64,000 bases of DNA, taken from the IMG/VR virus record IMGVR_UViG_3300037504_001427, positions 23,640-87,639 of that record; one strand, given 5' to 3'. The notes under the pieces were generated by a model. That model did no database searches, was not told where the DNA came from, and saw only the letters and a list, made by a program, of their open reading frames with translations. This DNA comes from a virus. Shown here one piece after another: positions 53,002 to 62,066 of this stretch (position 1 is the stretch's first letter; the number at the start of each line of letters is the position of its first letter). Made by a program: the position numbers and the translations under genes.

Positions 53002-53105
53002 AAAAAGGCCCCTGCGCACATGTAGGAGATGCGTTGATGCTCGGCGTCGAGCACCGGAGCCATGCACGCAGGGGCGATGAAACATCAGTCAGTCAGTCAG
53101 TCAGT
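53002..53105 (-). ncRNA. candidate structured leader RNA or terminator carrying an anti-repeat of the array junction
   Basis: 15-bp stem 53008-53022/53061-53075 with two G-U pairs, an inner 8-bp hairpin and a following U tract; 16/17 inverted match to the junction at 53070-53086. Confidence 0.45.
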
Positions 53106-53364
53106 CGGCATACACATGCATGCCCCAGTCGTCGTTGACTGACACCCGGAAGATCACCGAGCGCTTCGGCACGATGAAGCCGTTCGGGAATTTGCGGATA
53201 TCGGCCTTCGTCGGGTCCGCGATGACCCCATCGAAGCCGATCCGCTCCCAACGGAAAACCCACACCGCGCGGTCGAGCACGATGTGATCGCCGTCTTCGC
53301 GGACGTCGCCGGCGGCGATCCACCCACGGTCGATGACGACGACGGCACGGTTCTTGTTGCTCAT
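53101..53364 (-). CDS. small DUF6948-like phage protein
   Basis: VVVIDRGWI.AG...L..A..V.RW...G pattern; GAGG SD. Confidence 0.5.
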   Translation of the reverse strand: MSNKNRAVVVIDRGWIAAGDVREDGDHIVLDRAVWVFRWERIGFDGVIADPTKADIRKFPNGFIVPKRSVIFRVSVNDDWGMHVYAD

Positions 53365-53384
53365 GGTTTGTCCTCTCTGGACGC

Positions 53385-53436
53385 TGTGCCGCGTTTACTT
53401 GCGGCGGTTGTGCCGCGTTTACTTGCGGCGGTGATT
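53385..53436. repeat. tandem 24-bp dyad repeat, third copy at 56787-56811
   Basis: tgtgccgcgtttacttgcggcggt occurs twice in tandem. Confidence 0.8.
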
Positions 53437-53470
53437 AGTGACCAGAAGCCTGCCCTCTTCGGCGGCGGTG

Positions 53471-54487
53471 TCAAGTGTGAGTGTCATCGCCTGCCAGTTC
53501 TGCCACGAATTTGTAGGCGACCTGGGCCGCCAGTGGGGGAGGCACGCTGTTGCCGATGATGTGGATGGCGTGGCTGCGCTGTTTCGGCCACTTGTAATCG
53601 GGCGTGAAGCCCTGCAGGCGACCAAGGGCCGGGACGGTCAACTGCCGAACCACACCTCTACTGTCGATCACGCGGTTTCCGCTGCTGTTTTTCGACAACT
53701 GGATCGTCCAACCAGGCTCGTCTGCACCTTTGCCGACGCGGTAAACCTGGTACATGCGGCCTTTGAATTTCACTTTACCGCCGCAGCGCGTCGGGTTGCC
53801 ACCGGCGATGAATAGCGGAAGAGGAGGGTGAGGACAGTAGCGAAGCCCCACTTCTTGCCAGGTGGCCAAATCCGCTCTTGGCATTTCGGGAATGAGATCG
53901 GCGATGGCCGGAAACCACGGCGTCGGCGGTTGGGGAAGTGGCCACGACGGGAGCGGATGGCGACCGGCCCGGAAGATCAGCCGGCGGCGCATTGTCGGGG
54001 AGCCGTACTGGGCGGCCTGCAGCACTTGCGCGTCCTGGTGCTTGAAGCCGGCGCGTGCCAGTCCGGTTTTGATCTGTTGGAACACCGGGGCATTCTGGAA
54101 ATCGGGCACCTCCTCCAGCAGGACCACTTTGGCCCTGCAGAGACGTGCGACACGGACGGTGTTTATGCCCACATCAATCTTGCAGACGACCGCCTTGCCC
54201 GTGCCGGCGCCGTGCCTAGTTGCCGCCGCTTTGCCGCTACGGCTGTGGCGTTGGCAGGGAGGTGAAGACACCAGCATGTCCACCGGGTGCCGGCGGAAGA
54301 AGCTGTCGGGGATGGCATCGATGTCACCAACCACGACGTGGTCACCGAAGTTCTGGGCGTAGTTGGCCGCGATCCACGGCTCGTACTCAGCGCCGAAGAC
54401 CGGCTTGAAGATGCCAGGGTGAATGATGCGGGTGAGACCTTCCTCCCAGCCACCACCGCCGGTGAATAGGCTTCCTAGACGAATCAT
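53471..54487 (-). CDS. C5-cytosine DNA methyltransferase
   Basis: SLFTGGGG, SPPCQ, EEVP (instead of ENV), RRRL, GRLQGF and IGNSVPP motifs. Confidence 0.88.
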   Translation of the reverse strand: MIRLGSLFTGGGGWEEGLTRIIHPGIFKPVFGAEYEPWIAANYAQNFGDHVVVGDIDAIPDSFFRRHPVDMLVSSPPCQRHSRSGKAAATRHGAGTGKAVVCKIDVGINTVRVARLCRAKVVLLEEVPDFQNAPVFQQIKTGLARAGFKHQDAQVLQAAQYGSPTMRRRLIFRAGRHPLPSWPLPQPPTPWFPAIADLIPEMPRADLATWQEVGLRYCPHPPLPLFIAGGNPTRCGGKVKFKGRMYQVYRVGKGADEPGWTIQLSKNSSGNRVIDSRGVVRQLTVPALGRLQGFTPDYKWPKQRSHAIHIIGNSVPPPLAAQVAYKFVAELAGDDTHT

Positions 54488-54516
54488 CGCTCACTCCCGA
54501 AATCTTGGTCCCGAAG

Positions 54517-55050
54517 TCATCGCCTACCCTCTACCGAGCCGAGGCCGAAGCCGAAGCCACTGCCGCTGGCGTCGTAGCCACTGCCGAAGCCGAAGCCTTC
54601 ACCGTCGCCGTAGCCGAAGCTGTAGCCATGGCCGGAGCCGCGGCCGTCGCCGTAGCCGACGCCGTTGCCGAGGCCGTAGCCGTAGCCGTAGCCGCGGCCG
54701 TCGCCGTAGCCGGTGCCGCCACTGGAGCTGTAGCCGCGGCCGTCGTTGTAGCCGCGGCCGAAGCCTTCACCGTCGCCGTAGCCTGCTGGATATCTCACTG
54801 TCTGTCCTCCGCTGTGCCGTAGCCGTAGCCATAGCCGTCGCCGTCGCCGTAGCCGTAGCCATAGCCGCGGCCATAACCGCGGCCATAACCGTCACCGTAG
54901 CCGGTGCCGTAGCCGGTGCCGTAGCCGGTGCCGAAGTTGTAACCGTCACCGTAGCCGCTGCCGTCGCCGCTGCCGCTGCCGCTGCCGTTGCCGGCACCTA
55001 CTGGATATCTCATCGCCTGCCCTCCGCCGTGCCGAGCCCGTAGCCGTCAC
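54517..55050 (-). repeat. MRYPVG array, block F
   Basis: Units 54517-54798 and 54795-55013, plus tail remnants. Confidence 0.9.
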
Positions 55051-55706
55051 CGTCGCCTGTTGGTACTGTCTGCTCTCCGCCGTGCCGAGCCCGTAGCCGC
55101 ACTGACTTCGCTCGGCGAGAATCGACGGTCGATCAGGACCTTGACCAGCGGTTTCATCGTCAGTGGCTTCTGGCCTTCGACCCGCGCCTCGAACTCCTCG
55201 CGGGCACGACGAACGGTCTTCTTGCCGCGCTGAACCGCGCGGTGCAGCCGGACCAGAACCGACTGCAGGGCGAACGCTTCGCGCTCCCAGGGGCGCTGTC
55301 TGTATGGGATTTCGTTCCAGTTGCCGACAACTTCGCCGTACCAGCGGCACATCAGCCCGCCGGTGGTCTTCCAGTACCGACGCTGATAGCGACCGCTCAC
55401 AGCCTGCTGGACGTGGATCAGCTCGTGGGCCAAGGTCCCCAGGATGCCGTCCCGGCCCAGCTTGCCATCCAGTTCGATGGTGTAGTTGCGCTTGGGCTTG
55501 GAGCCGGCCGCACCGACGCCGCAGGTACCCCAGGTGCTCTTGCCCAGCTTGGTCTTCCTGATCTCGATGCGGATCGAGAGGGTGTTCAGCATGCGGGTGC
55601 TGAAGAGGATCGAGAGCATCCGACGAGCCGCGTCCTCGACATGGTCGCGGTGCGATCCCATGCGTTCGAGGACGGTCAGCTTCAGGGTCTTTTGTCGTTT
55701 GCTCAT
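55047..55706 (-). CDS. zinc metallopeptidase (HExxH)
   Basis: TLAHELIHVQQ...YRQRPWEREA. Confidence 0.8.
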   Translation of the reverse strand: MSKRQKTLKLTVLERMGSHRDHVEDAARRMLSILFSTRMLNTLSIRIEIRKTKLGKSTWGTCGVGAAGSKPKRNYTIELDGKLGRDGILGTLAHELIHVQQAVSGRYQRRYWKTTGGLMCRWYGEVVGNWNEIPYRQRPWEREAFALQSVLVRLHRAVQRGKKTVRRAREEFEARVEGQKPLTMKPLVKVLIDRRFSPSEVSAATGSARRRADSTNRRR

Positions 55707-55773
55707 GCGGGACTTATAGCGACACAAGTGGCGCTATCAATAGCACCTTGAGAACAATGCTTGGCATGATTGG

Positions 55774-56514
55774 CTAAACTCCTAGTCCTGTAGTGTCAAT
55801 GGTAGCACGGCCGTAGCCGACACCTACTGGATATCTTATCGCCTGCCCGCCACTGTGCCGGTGCCGTAGCCGTAGCCGTCGTCGTCGCCGTCGCCGTCGC
55901 CGTAGCTGTAGCCGTAGCCGTAGCCGTAGCCGTAGCCGTTGCCGTTGCCGTAGCCGTCGCCGTTGCCGTAGCCGTCGCCGTCGCCGTAGCCGTCGCCGTT
56001 GCCGGCACCTACTGGATAGTTCATCGCCTGCCCGCCACTGTGCCGGTGCCGTAGCCGTAGCCGCCGCCGTCGCCGTAGCCGTCGCCACCGCCGAAGCCGA
56101 AGCCGTAGCCGTGGCCGTAGCCGTGGCCGTAGCCGTGGCCGTAGCCGTTGCCGTTGCCGTTGCCGTTGCCGTAGCCGTTGCCGTTGCCGTTGCCGTAGCC
56201 GTTGCCGTTGCCGTTGCCGTAGCCGAAGTTGTAACCGTCGCCGTTGCCGTCGCCGTTGCCGGTGCCGTAGCCGTTGTCGCGGTCGTCGCCGAAGCCGGCA
56301 CCTACTGGATAGTTCATCGCCTGCCCGCCACTGTGCCGGTGCCGTAGCCGTAGCCGCGGCCGTCGCCGTCGCCGTCGCCGTAGCCGTAGCCGTCGCCACC
56401 ACCGAAGCCGTAGCCGTTGCCGCGGCTGTCGCCGTTGCCGTTGCCGTTCCCGCGGCTGTCGCCGTTGCCGTAGCCGTAGCCGGTGCCGTAGCCGTCACCT
56501 ACTGGATATCTCAT
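55774..56514 (-). repeat. MxYPVG array, block G
   Basis: Units 55836-56024, 56021-56317, 56314-56514; remnant at 55839 with ATG changed to ATA. Confidence 0.92.
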
Positions 56515-57104
56515 CGCCTGCCCACCACTGTGCCGAGCCCGTAGCCGTAGCCGTCGCCGGTGCCGTAGCCGGTGCCGTAGCCGGTGCCGTAGTCGGAGCC
56601 GGTGCCGGTGCTGTCGCCGTCGCCGTCGCCGTAGCCGTCGCCGAAGCCGTCGCCGTCTCCGCCGCCGCAGCCATAATAGCCGTAGCCGTAGCCGTAGCCG
56701 TAGCCGTTGCCGTAGCCGTTGCCGTTGCCGTTGCCGTCGCCGTTGCCGACTGGCCGGCAGTAGTGAATTTCGGCCCCGAAGACGAAGCCGCGTTTACTTG
56801 CGGCGGTGATTGTAGCGGGCGGATCATATCGCCCAGCCCATATATCACGCATAATGGGAGGACACGCAGCGAGCACGAGTTCGCGGAGGAACGCGAAGCG
56901 CTCCTCCGCGGAGCGCACGCCCAAGACCTCGCACCATTGCTCTATGCGATCGATATCCTGCTGTTTTGGCTTGCTTCGGCCGCACATGAGATCATGCATC
57001 CTGCTATGCGAGAGACCTAAAGATTTCGCCGCGTATCTGGCACTGATACCGCAGCATCTCAATTGTCGCTCGATGACTCGCCCAAGTTCTGTGTACTTGC
57101 TCAT
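56511..57104 (-). CDS. XRE-like HTH protein fused to a Gly-rich array unit
   Basis: ISARYAAKSLGLSHSRMHDLMCGRSKP; junction YCR-PVG then (GX)n-GTVVGRR. Confidence 0.65.
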   Translation of the reverse strand: MSKYTELGRVIERQLRCCGISARYAAKSLGLSHSRMHDLMCGRSKPKQQDIDRIEQWCEVLGVRSAEERFAFLRELVLAACPPIMRDIWAGRYDPPATITAASKRGFVFGAEIHYCRPVGNGDGNGNGNGYGNGYGYGYGYGYYGCGGGDGDGFGDGYGDGDGDSTGTGSDYGTGYGTGYGTGDGYGYGLGTVVGRR

Positions 57105-57121
57105 TCGTGGTCTCCAAGGGT

Positions 57122-57580
57122 TCATCGTATGGCACACTCAGCGAGTTCCCGCAGATGTCGCCGAATCCACTGTCGTCCTGCGCGCACCTCACGCAAGGCC
57201 GGCAACCGCGTAAGCCGCTTCCCTCTGATGGCCTGCGCCTGCGGAGACCAGACGCGCTCCCCCGCGGGAGTGTAGTACTCAGTGTCTCGATCGAGGACGA
57301 CGCACTCGTCTCCGCAGTCGAGACAGACCGTGAAGTTTCTCGGTACCTGCTGGTGCAGGCGCAAGGCACGGGCGAGCGATGTCGGAATAAGACCCTGCGT
57401 CAAGGCCGTGCTCCACTCGCTGCGCAAGCGCTTGCGCTTCTGTGCTATCCTCTCACCCTTGCGTTTCAGAGCAGCACGGTGTTTTTTCGCTTCCTTACGC
57501 AGTGCGGCCTGCAGCGCGCGACGCACAGCAGGGAGGGGGTTTTGGTTCAGTGCAGCCTGCAGGTCCTCGTAGTCACTCAT
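57122..57580 (-). CDS. hypothetical protein
   Basis: CLDC motif; GGAGG SD. Confidence 0.55.
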   Translation of the reverse strand: MSDYEDLQAALNQNPLPAVRRALQAALRKEAKKHRAALKRKGERIAQKRKRLRSEWSTALTQGLIPTSLARALRLHQQVPRNFTVCLDCGDECVVLDRDTEYYTPAGERVWSPQAQAIRGKRLTRLPALREVRAGRQWIRRHLRELAECAIR

Positions 57581-57818
57581 GATCGCCTCCGCGGTGGTTT
57601 TTCACTTCCTTGCGCAGCGCGGCCTGCAGCGCTCGGTGCACAGTGGGGTGGCATGCTATTGCTACTGCTGCTGCCACTGCTGCTGCAGTTGTGGCCGCTG
57701 TTGCGTTTGCTGCGGTTGCTACTGCTGCCGTGGCCGCGGCTGCGCCTGCTGGAACCACTGCGGCGGCAAGTCGAGGGTTTTGGTCCAGTGCGGCCTGTAG
57801 CTCCTCGTGGTCACTCAT
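57573..57818 (-). CDS. partial duplicate of 57122..57580 with an Ala-rich insert
   Basis: MSDHEELQAALDQNP versus MSDYEDLQAALNQNP. Confidence 0.45.
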   Translation of the reverse strand: MSDHEELQAALDQNPRLAAAVVPAGAAAATAAVATAANATAATTAAAVAAAVAIACHPTVHRALQAALRKEVKNHRGGDHE

Positions 57819-59379
57819 GATGCTTCTTATGTTTCTCTAACGTCAATCGGCATTTGCTGCGCGTCAACGCAACGTACAGGAGGTTGTGCTCCTGCGTGAG
57901 CGCGGTAGCCGGGTCGGCAGCACGCTTGTGTAGTGGATGAGGAATGAGGTCCGGAGCAAGCAAAATCACATGCTCGGCCTCGAGGCCCTTGCTGCGGTGT
58001 ACCGAAGAGAACACCAGGCCTGCGGCCTCGTCTGAGAAGAGGTGCGCCAAGCGTGTGAGGACCTCTTGCACACTGTCGAATTCATCGGCCATAGCCCGCA
58101 ATACAGCCGCTTGGTCCCGGATATGTTCGAGCGCTGCGAGATTGTCCCCGGCCTTCTCTTCCTCGCGCGCAACCCATTGGTTTATTCGCGTGCTGAACGC
58201 CTCGATGGATGGCGCTCGCCTGGCGAATTTCTCCGCGAGTCGCAGCAGGGCGCCTCCGATATCCCGTCCCCGGATGGTAGCTTTGATGCCCTTCCGGAGC
58301 AGCCCCAGTGCTGGCTTGATCAGTGGCGCATTGGTGCGACACAACACCAGGGTGTCAGGGCCGGCCTCGCGCAAGAGGGATACCACGTCGGCGGGCGATA
58401 CCTCGTCCACGACGCCATCGTCCGCATCGTCGCGGGCTTTGAGGTGCGCTGCGCCGGGGACGACCATGTGCACGAGGGAGACCACTGCTCGGGGGCAGCG
58501 GTATGTGATCGGCAGTGAGAGTTCGCGCATAGCGAATCGCTCACGCAGATGGTCCATGCTCCCAGGATCCGCCCCGCGGAACTGATAGATCGATTGCCGG
58601 CGATCCCCGACAGCTACGACCACGGCGTTCGCGGCGCGGGCGCTTGCGATCAAGGCCTGCTGCGATTCGTTCAGGTCTTGGGCCTCATCCACCAAGATCA
58701 AATCGTAGCGATAGCCCTGCCACCCATACCGCAGGGGCAGGTAGATCATCTCGTCATAGCAGAGACGCGCTGAATCTTGGTTGAGCGCATTCATGTAAGC
58801 CGGCACCAGCGGGAGTATCTCCTGCAGCAGATCTTCGTCGGCGACCATGCCGATGCGGTGCATGCCGCGCACGATACTGGCCGGCTTTTCTGGATCGCAC
58901 AGGAGCTGCATGACCAGCGATCCGAGTTTGACCAGCAGGTCTTTGCCTTCCTTCAGCGCTGAGACGTGGTGGGGCACCTCTTCGACCCGGACACAGACTC
59001 CTGCATCATCATAGATCGGGCGGGGGAAGGTCGAGGCGGCGAGGAGCTGCTCCGCGTGCTGGAACGCCTTTTTGCTGTCGAGCTGGCATCCGCCCCAATG
59101 TCGTCTGACGATGCTCATGCCGTGGCCGTGCAACGTCTTGATGTCGAGGGTACGGAGCGCGCCGAATCGCCGACCGCATTTCTGGCGCAGCACATCACAG
59201 ATATCCCGATTGAACGCGAGGTTGAGCACCGCGGCGCGTGGCCACGCCTGCAGGTGGGCCGCGAGCGCCTCGAGCAGCGTGGTCGTCTTGCCGCTGCCCG
59301 CTACGGCCTGCACCAGCAAGTTGCTCTCGCGGCTGACGACCGCATCGATGATATCACGCTGATAGGGACTGAGAATCAT
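57811..59379 (-). CDS. UvrD/Rep-like SF1 helicase
   Basis: AVAGSGKTT, VDEAQD, VGD..QSIYQFRGA, YRCP, SVHRSKGLE and LYVALTR motifs. Confidence 0.92.
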   Translation of the reverse strand: MILSPYQRDIIDAVVSRESNLLVQAVAGSGKTTTLLEALAAHLQAWPRAAVLNLAFNRDICDVLRQKCGRRFGALRTLDIKTLHGHGMSIVRRHWGGCQLDSKKAFQHAEQLLAASTFPRPIYDDAGVCVRVEEVPHHVSALKEGKDLLVKLGSLVMQLLCDPEKPASIVRGMHRIGMVADEDLLQEILPLVPAYMNALNQDSARLCYDEMIYLPLRYGWQGYRYDLILVDEAQDLNESQQALIASARAANAVVVAVGDRRQSIYQFRGADPGSMDHLRERFAMRELSLPITYRCPRAVVSLVHMVVPGAAHLKARDDADDGVVDEVSPADVVSLLREAGPDTLVLCRTNAPLIKPALGLLRKGIKATIRGRDIGGALLRLAEKFARRAPSIEAFSTRINQWVAREEEKAGDNLAALEHIRDQAAVLRAMADEFDSVQEVLTRLAHLFSDEAAGLVFSSVHRSKGLEAEHVILLAPDLIPHPLHKRAADPATALTQEHNLLYVALTRSKCRLTLEKHKKHHE

Positions 59380-59388
59380 TGGGGGATC

Positions 59389-59796
59389 CTAGTGCTGCGG
59401 TGCAGGCGCCCGGCCTACTCGGTAGAGGGTGCCATCGATCTTGAGCCAGGTCATCGTGTCAAAGGGGATGCTCCGATAGCCATTCACACGCTGTGCCCGG
59501 CCGGCGTACCGACGACTGAATACGAAGGCGCAAAACACGTTCTTTGCGTGGCGGTCATAGGCGGCGCGCGTCTTGATCGGCGCCGCTCCCTCGATCTCAG
59601 GAGCGTTCCGGCTCGCCAAGCGCGAGCGCACTCCGAAGCGCGCAACCACGGCCTCTTGCGCGCCCGACATGCGCTCGCCATCGGCACTGTCGGTGCGCCG
59701 CAGAAATGCGGCCTGAAACATGCGCCCGCCGCCCGCGAGGCGGTGTGCGAGGATGAGTTCGCGGGCAGCAGCATGCGAGATGGGTTTGGGCGTCAT
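59389..59796 (-). CDS. hypothetical protein
   Basis: Coupled ORF; GYRSIP...LKIDG. Confidence 0.6.
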   Translation of the reverse strand: MTPKPISHAAARELILAHRLAGGGRMFQAAFLRRTDSADGERMSGAQEAVVARFGVRSRLASRNAPEIEGAAPIKTRAAYDRHAKNVFCAFVFSRRYAGRAQRVNGYRSIPFDTMTWLKIDGTLYRVGRAPAPQH

Positions 59797-60041
59797 GGCT
59801 GAGGCTGGCTGTCGTAGTGCTCGACGTAGATGAGGTCGTCGTCCCGGACATGGATCACATTCTGCAGTGCCGGGAAATTGAACAGCACCGCAGGATCGGT
59901 GAACCGCGCGACGATGTGCTCGTCGGTGTGGTCGTAGATGGCCCAGCCATCGCCGTCTTTCTCGGCGATAATGCCGCCAGGGATGCGGGCCACTTCGGCG
60001 AGCGCTTCGTCGAGCGCGGGTCGGTTATAGATCGTCAACAT
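59793..60041 (-). CDS. hypothetical protein
   Basis: ATG at 60041 with an AAGGGG SD. Confidence 0.55.
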   Translation of the reverse strand: MLTIYNRPALDEALAEVARIPGGIIAEKDGDGWAIYDHTDEHIVARFTDPAVLFNFPALQNVIHVRDDDLIYVEHYDSQPQP

Positions 60042-60085
60042 GGAAAGCCCCTTCGGGCGTTGGGCCGCGTTTGCGGCTGGGTGAA

Positions 60086-60159
60086 TGGACCGTACAGGAC
60101 TCGAACCTGTGACCAAGAGATTATGAGTCTCCTGCTCTAACCGACTGAGCTAACGGTCC
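60086..60159 (-). tRNA. tRNA with CAU anticodon, probably Ile2 (lysidine-type)
   Basis: GGACCGTTAGCTCAGTCGGTTAGAGCAGGAGACTCATAATCTCTTGGTCACAGGTTCGAGTCCTGTACGGTCCA; C4:G69 and C5:G68 pairs. Confidence 0.88.
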
Positions 60160-60164
60160 TACTA

Positions 60165-60236
60165 CACACCCGGTAGGATTCGAACCTACGGCCTACCGCT
60201 TAGAAGGCGGTTGCTCTTCCGCTGAGCTACGGGTGC
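60165..60236 (-). tRNA. tRNA-Arg(UCU)
   Basis: GCACCCGTAGCTCAGCGGAAGAGCAACCGCCTTCTAAGCGGTAGGCCGTAGGTTCGAATCCTACCGGGTGTG. Confidence 0.92.
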
Positions 60237-60285
60237 ATCGGTTTGTGCCTTTCTTGGCGTTGTGGGACTCGGAGCAGCGGACCTT

Positions 60286-60639
60286 CTACCCGGCGTAGAA
60301 CACGCCGGGTACAGAGGGCGCTTCATCAAATACGGCGCCGAACTCATCCGGCGGCCGAGGAAGACCCGAGGGTTTGAAAAAGCACGACTTGGCTCGGGCG
60401 AACTTGACTCCCTCTTTGTCAAATACTCGCTCCACTCCACCGCGAAACCTGAAGGTCGCGCAGGCCTTGTGCCCACAGAGCTTGAGGGCCTCGTCGAAAC
60501 TGAGCTTTGAGTCCGCCTTGATGATGATCTCAGGCGGGTCGTCATCGTCGTAGCAGACGAACCAGTCAGGGCCTCGCCACACGGGGTCTTTGTACCACTT
60601 GCTGTCTGAGCAGCAGACGTAAGGGGAGTTGAGGCTCAT
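60286..60639 (-). CDS. hypothetical protein
   Basis: AAGGA SD; 117 aa. Confidence 0.6.
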   Translation of the reverse strand: MSLNSPYVCCSDSKWYKDPVWRGPDWFVCYDDDDPPEIIIKADSKLSFDEALKLCGHKACATFRFRGGVERVFDKEGVKFARAKSCFFKPSGLPRPPDEFGAVFDEAPSVPGVFYAG

Positions 60640-60669
60640 GGTTTCCTTTCGGCTGGTGTGACGGTGCAG

Positions 60670-60861
60670 TTAGATGACGCCCATATCAAACATAATAGAC
60701 GGCATGCCATGTGGGCACCAGCCGTCTGGTTCGACCTCGCAGCCATGCTCGCAACACGCGGGCACGACACTGTCGAAGACCAGAACCTCGGCAGTGGCTT
60801 CATCGAGGTCGATGACCTCTTGCCACGGAACGTAGTTCTCTGACTCTTTGTAAGTGCTCAT
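60670..60861 (-). CDS. small Zn-ribbon protein
   Basis: CEHGCEVEPDGWCPHG. Confidence 0.65.
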   Translation of the reverse strand: MSTYKESENYVPWQEVIDLDEATAEVLVFDSVVPACCEHGCEVEPDGWCPHGMPSIMFDMGVI

Positions 60862-61244
60862 AGTGTCCTTTCTAGTATTTGCCCTGCGTCTCCGAGGGCG
60901 GTTATGTCAGCGACAGTGACGGTGCCTCCGTCGCCTGTTCGCAGTGTGTCCGTCGGGGGCCTAGCCTCCAGTGTGGCTGTCCGCTCCCCGCGGACAGTGT
61001 GTAATACGGCTTTCTCGATGGCGATGGCGACGGAGGCAAGGTCTCCAGCGTCGTATCCGTCCTCAAACCTATCTCGGAAATACTCCAGTATAGATTGACA
61101 CGTCGTGCAAGTGTAGCCATGGACGAACTCGCCCTCAAAAAACCCAGCGTACTTTTCCATGTTGGTCCCAGGCGGGAATTCCCGTATGCATCCTGTGCAG
61201 CGGTGTTTCTTCCGCGTGGTTACTTTTTTGCTGGAATAGAACAT
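60858..61244 (-). CDS. Zn-finger phage protein
   Basis: RKKHRCTGC...CTTC. Confidence 0.65.
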   Translation of the reverse strand: MFYSSKKVTTRKKHRCTGCIREFPPGTNMEKYAGFFEGEFVHGYTCTTCQSILEYFRDRFEDGYDAGDLASVAIAIEKAVLHTVRGERTATLEARPPTDTLRTGDGGTVTVADITALGDAGQILERTL

Positions 61245-61248
61245 GGTT

Positions 61249-62064
61249 TCATTTTCCCTTCTTGCGCCCGGACAACAAGTAATACACGCGCTGCGCCGAA
61301 ACCCCGAGCCGCACGGCGGCCTCTGCCCTGCTGCAGCCATCCTTAAGCAGGGCAAAAAGTTTTTCCTCGTCTATCGGTGGAAGATTCTCACGGACGCCTT
61401 TGCGCCCGCTAGCCTTAAGAATACGGCAGATGTTTGACCCCGCGCAATTTGCCTTTTTTGCAATCTCCGTAATGGTGTGTCCAGAGTCGTACAGGACAAA
61501 GATCTCTGCTTTGGTCAGGGTTCTTCCTCGCATAATTTCGGTGCCGCCCTTATTCTTATTTGGGTACTTTCTGCAGTCCCGCTCGAACTTGCGGCCAGAC
61601 GCTGCCACCAAGTCATACACGCGATGTACCGAAACTCCAAGCCGCCGTGCGGCCTCGGATCGGCTGCAGCCGTCCTCAAGCAGGGCAAAGAGTTTTTCCT
61701 CGTCTATCGGCGGAAGATCCACTCGTGTACATTTGCGTCCGCTTGAATTGATTATCAGCCAGATGTTTTGTCGCGTGCAGCCTGCCTTTTTTGCAATCTC
61801 TTTTACGGGGCACCCAGAGTCGTACAGATCAAGGATCTCCTCTCTGGTCAGATTTCCGCGCGTAGTGCCTTTGTTCGCGGACGGATATTTAACGCAGTCC
61901 CGCTTAAACTTGCGACCAGACGCTGCCGCCAAGTTATACACGCGATGTACCGAAACTCCAAGCCGTCGTGCGGCCTCTGCCTTGCTGCAGCCATCCTCTA
62001 GCAGCGCAAAAAGTTTTTCCTTGTCCATGTTTGCTCCTTTCATGTGGTTGTTCTCTTCGTTCAT
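61249..62064 (-). CDS. multi-HTH DNA-binding protein with internal repeats
   Basis: Three EKLFALL.DGCS..EAA.RLGVS..RVY units alternating with two LYDSG...EIAKKA.C units. Confidence 0.75.
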   Translation of the reverse strand: MNEENNHMKGANMDKEKLFALLEDGCSKAEAARRLGVSVHRVYNLAAASGRKFKRDCVKYPSANKGTTRGNLTREEILDLYDSGCPVKEIAKKAGCTRQNIWLIINSSGRKCTRVDLPPIDEEKLFALLEDGCSRSEAARRLGVSVHRVYDLVAASGRKFERDCRKYPNKNKGGTEIMRGRTLTKAEIFVLYDSGHTITEIAKKANCAGSNICRILKASGRKGVRENLPPIDEEKLFALLKDGCSRAEAAVRLGVSAQRVYYLLSGRKKGK

Positions 62065-62066
62065 GA

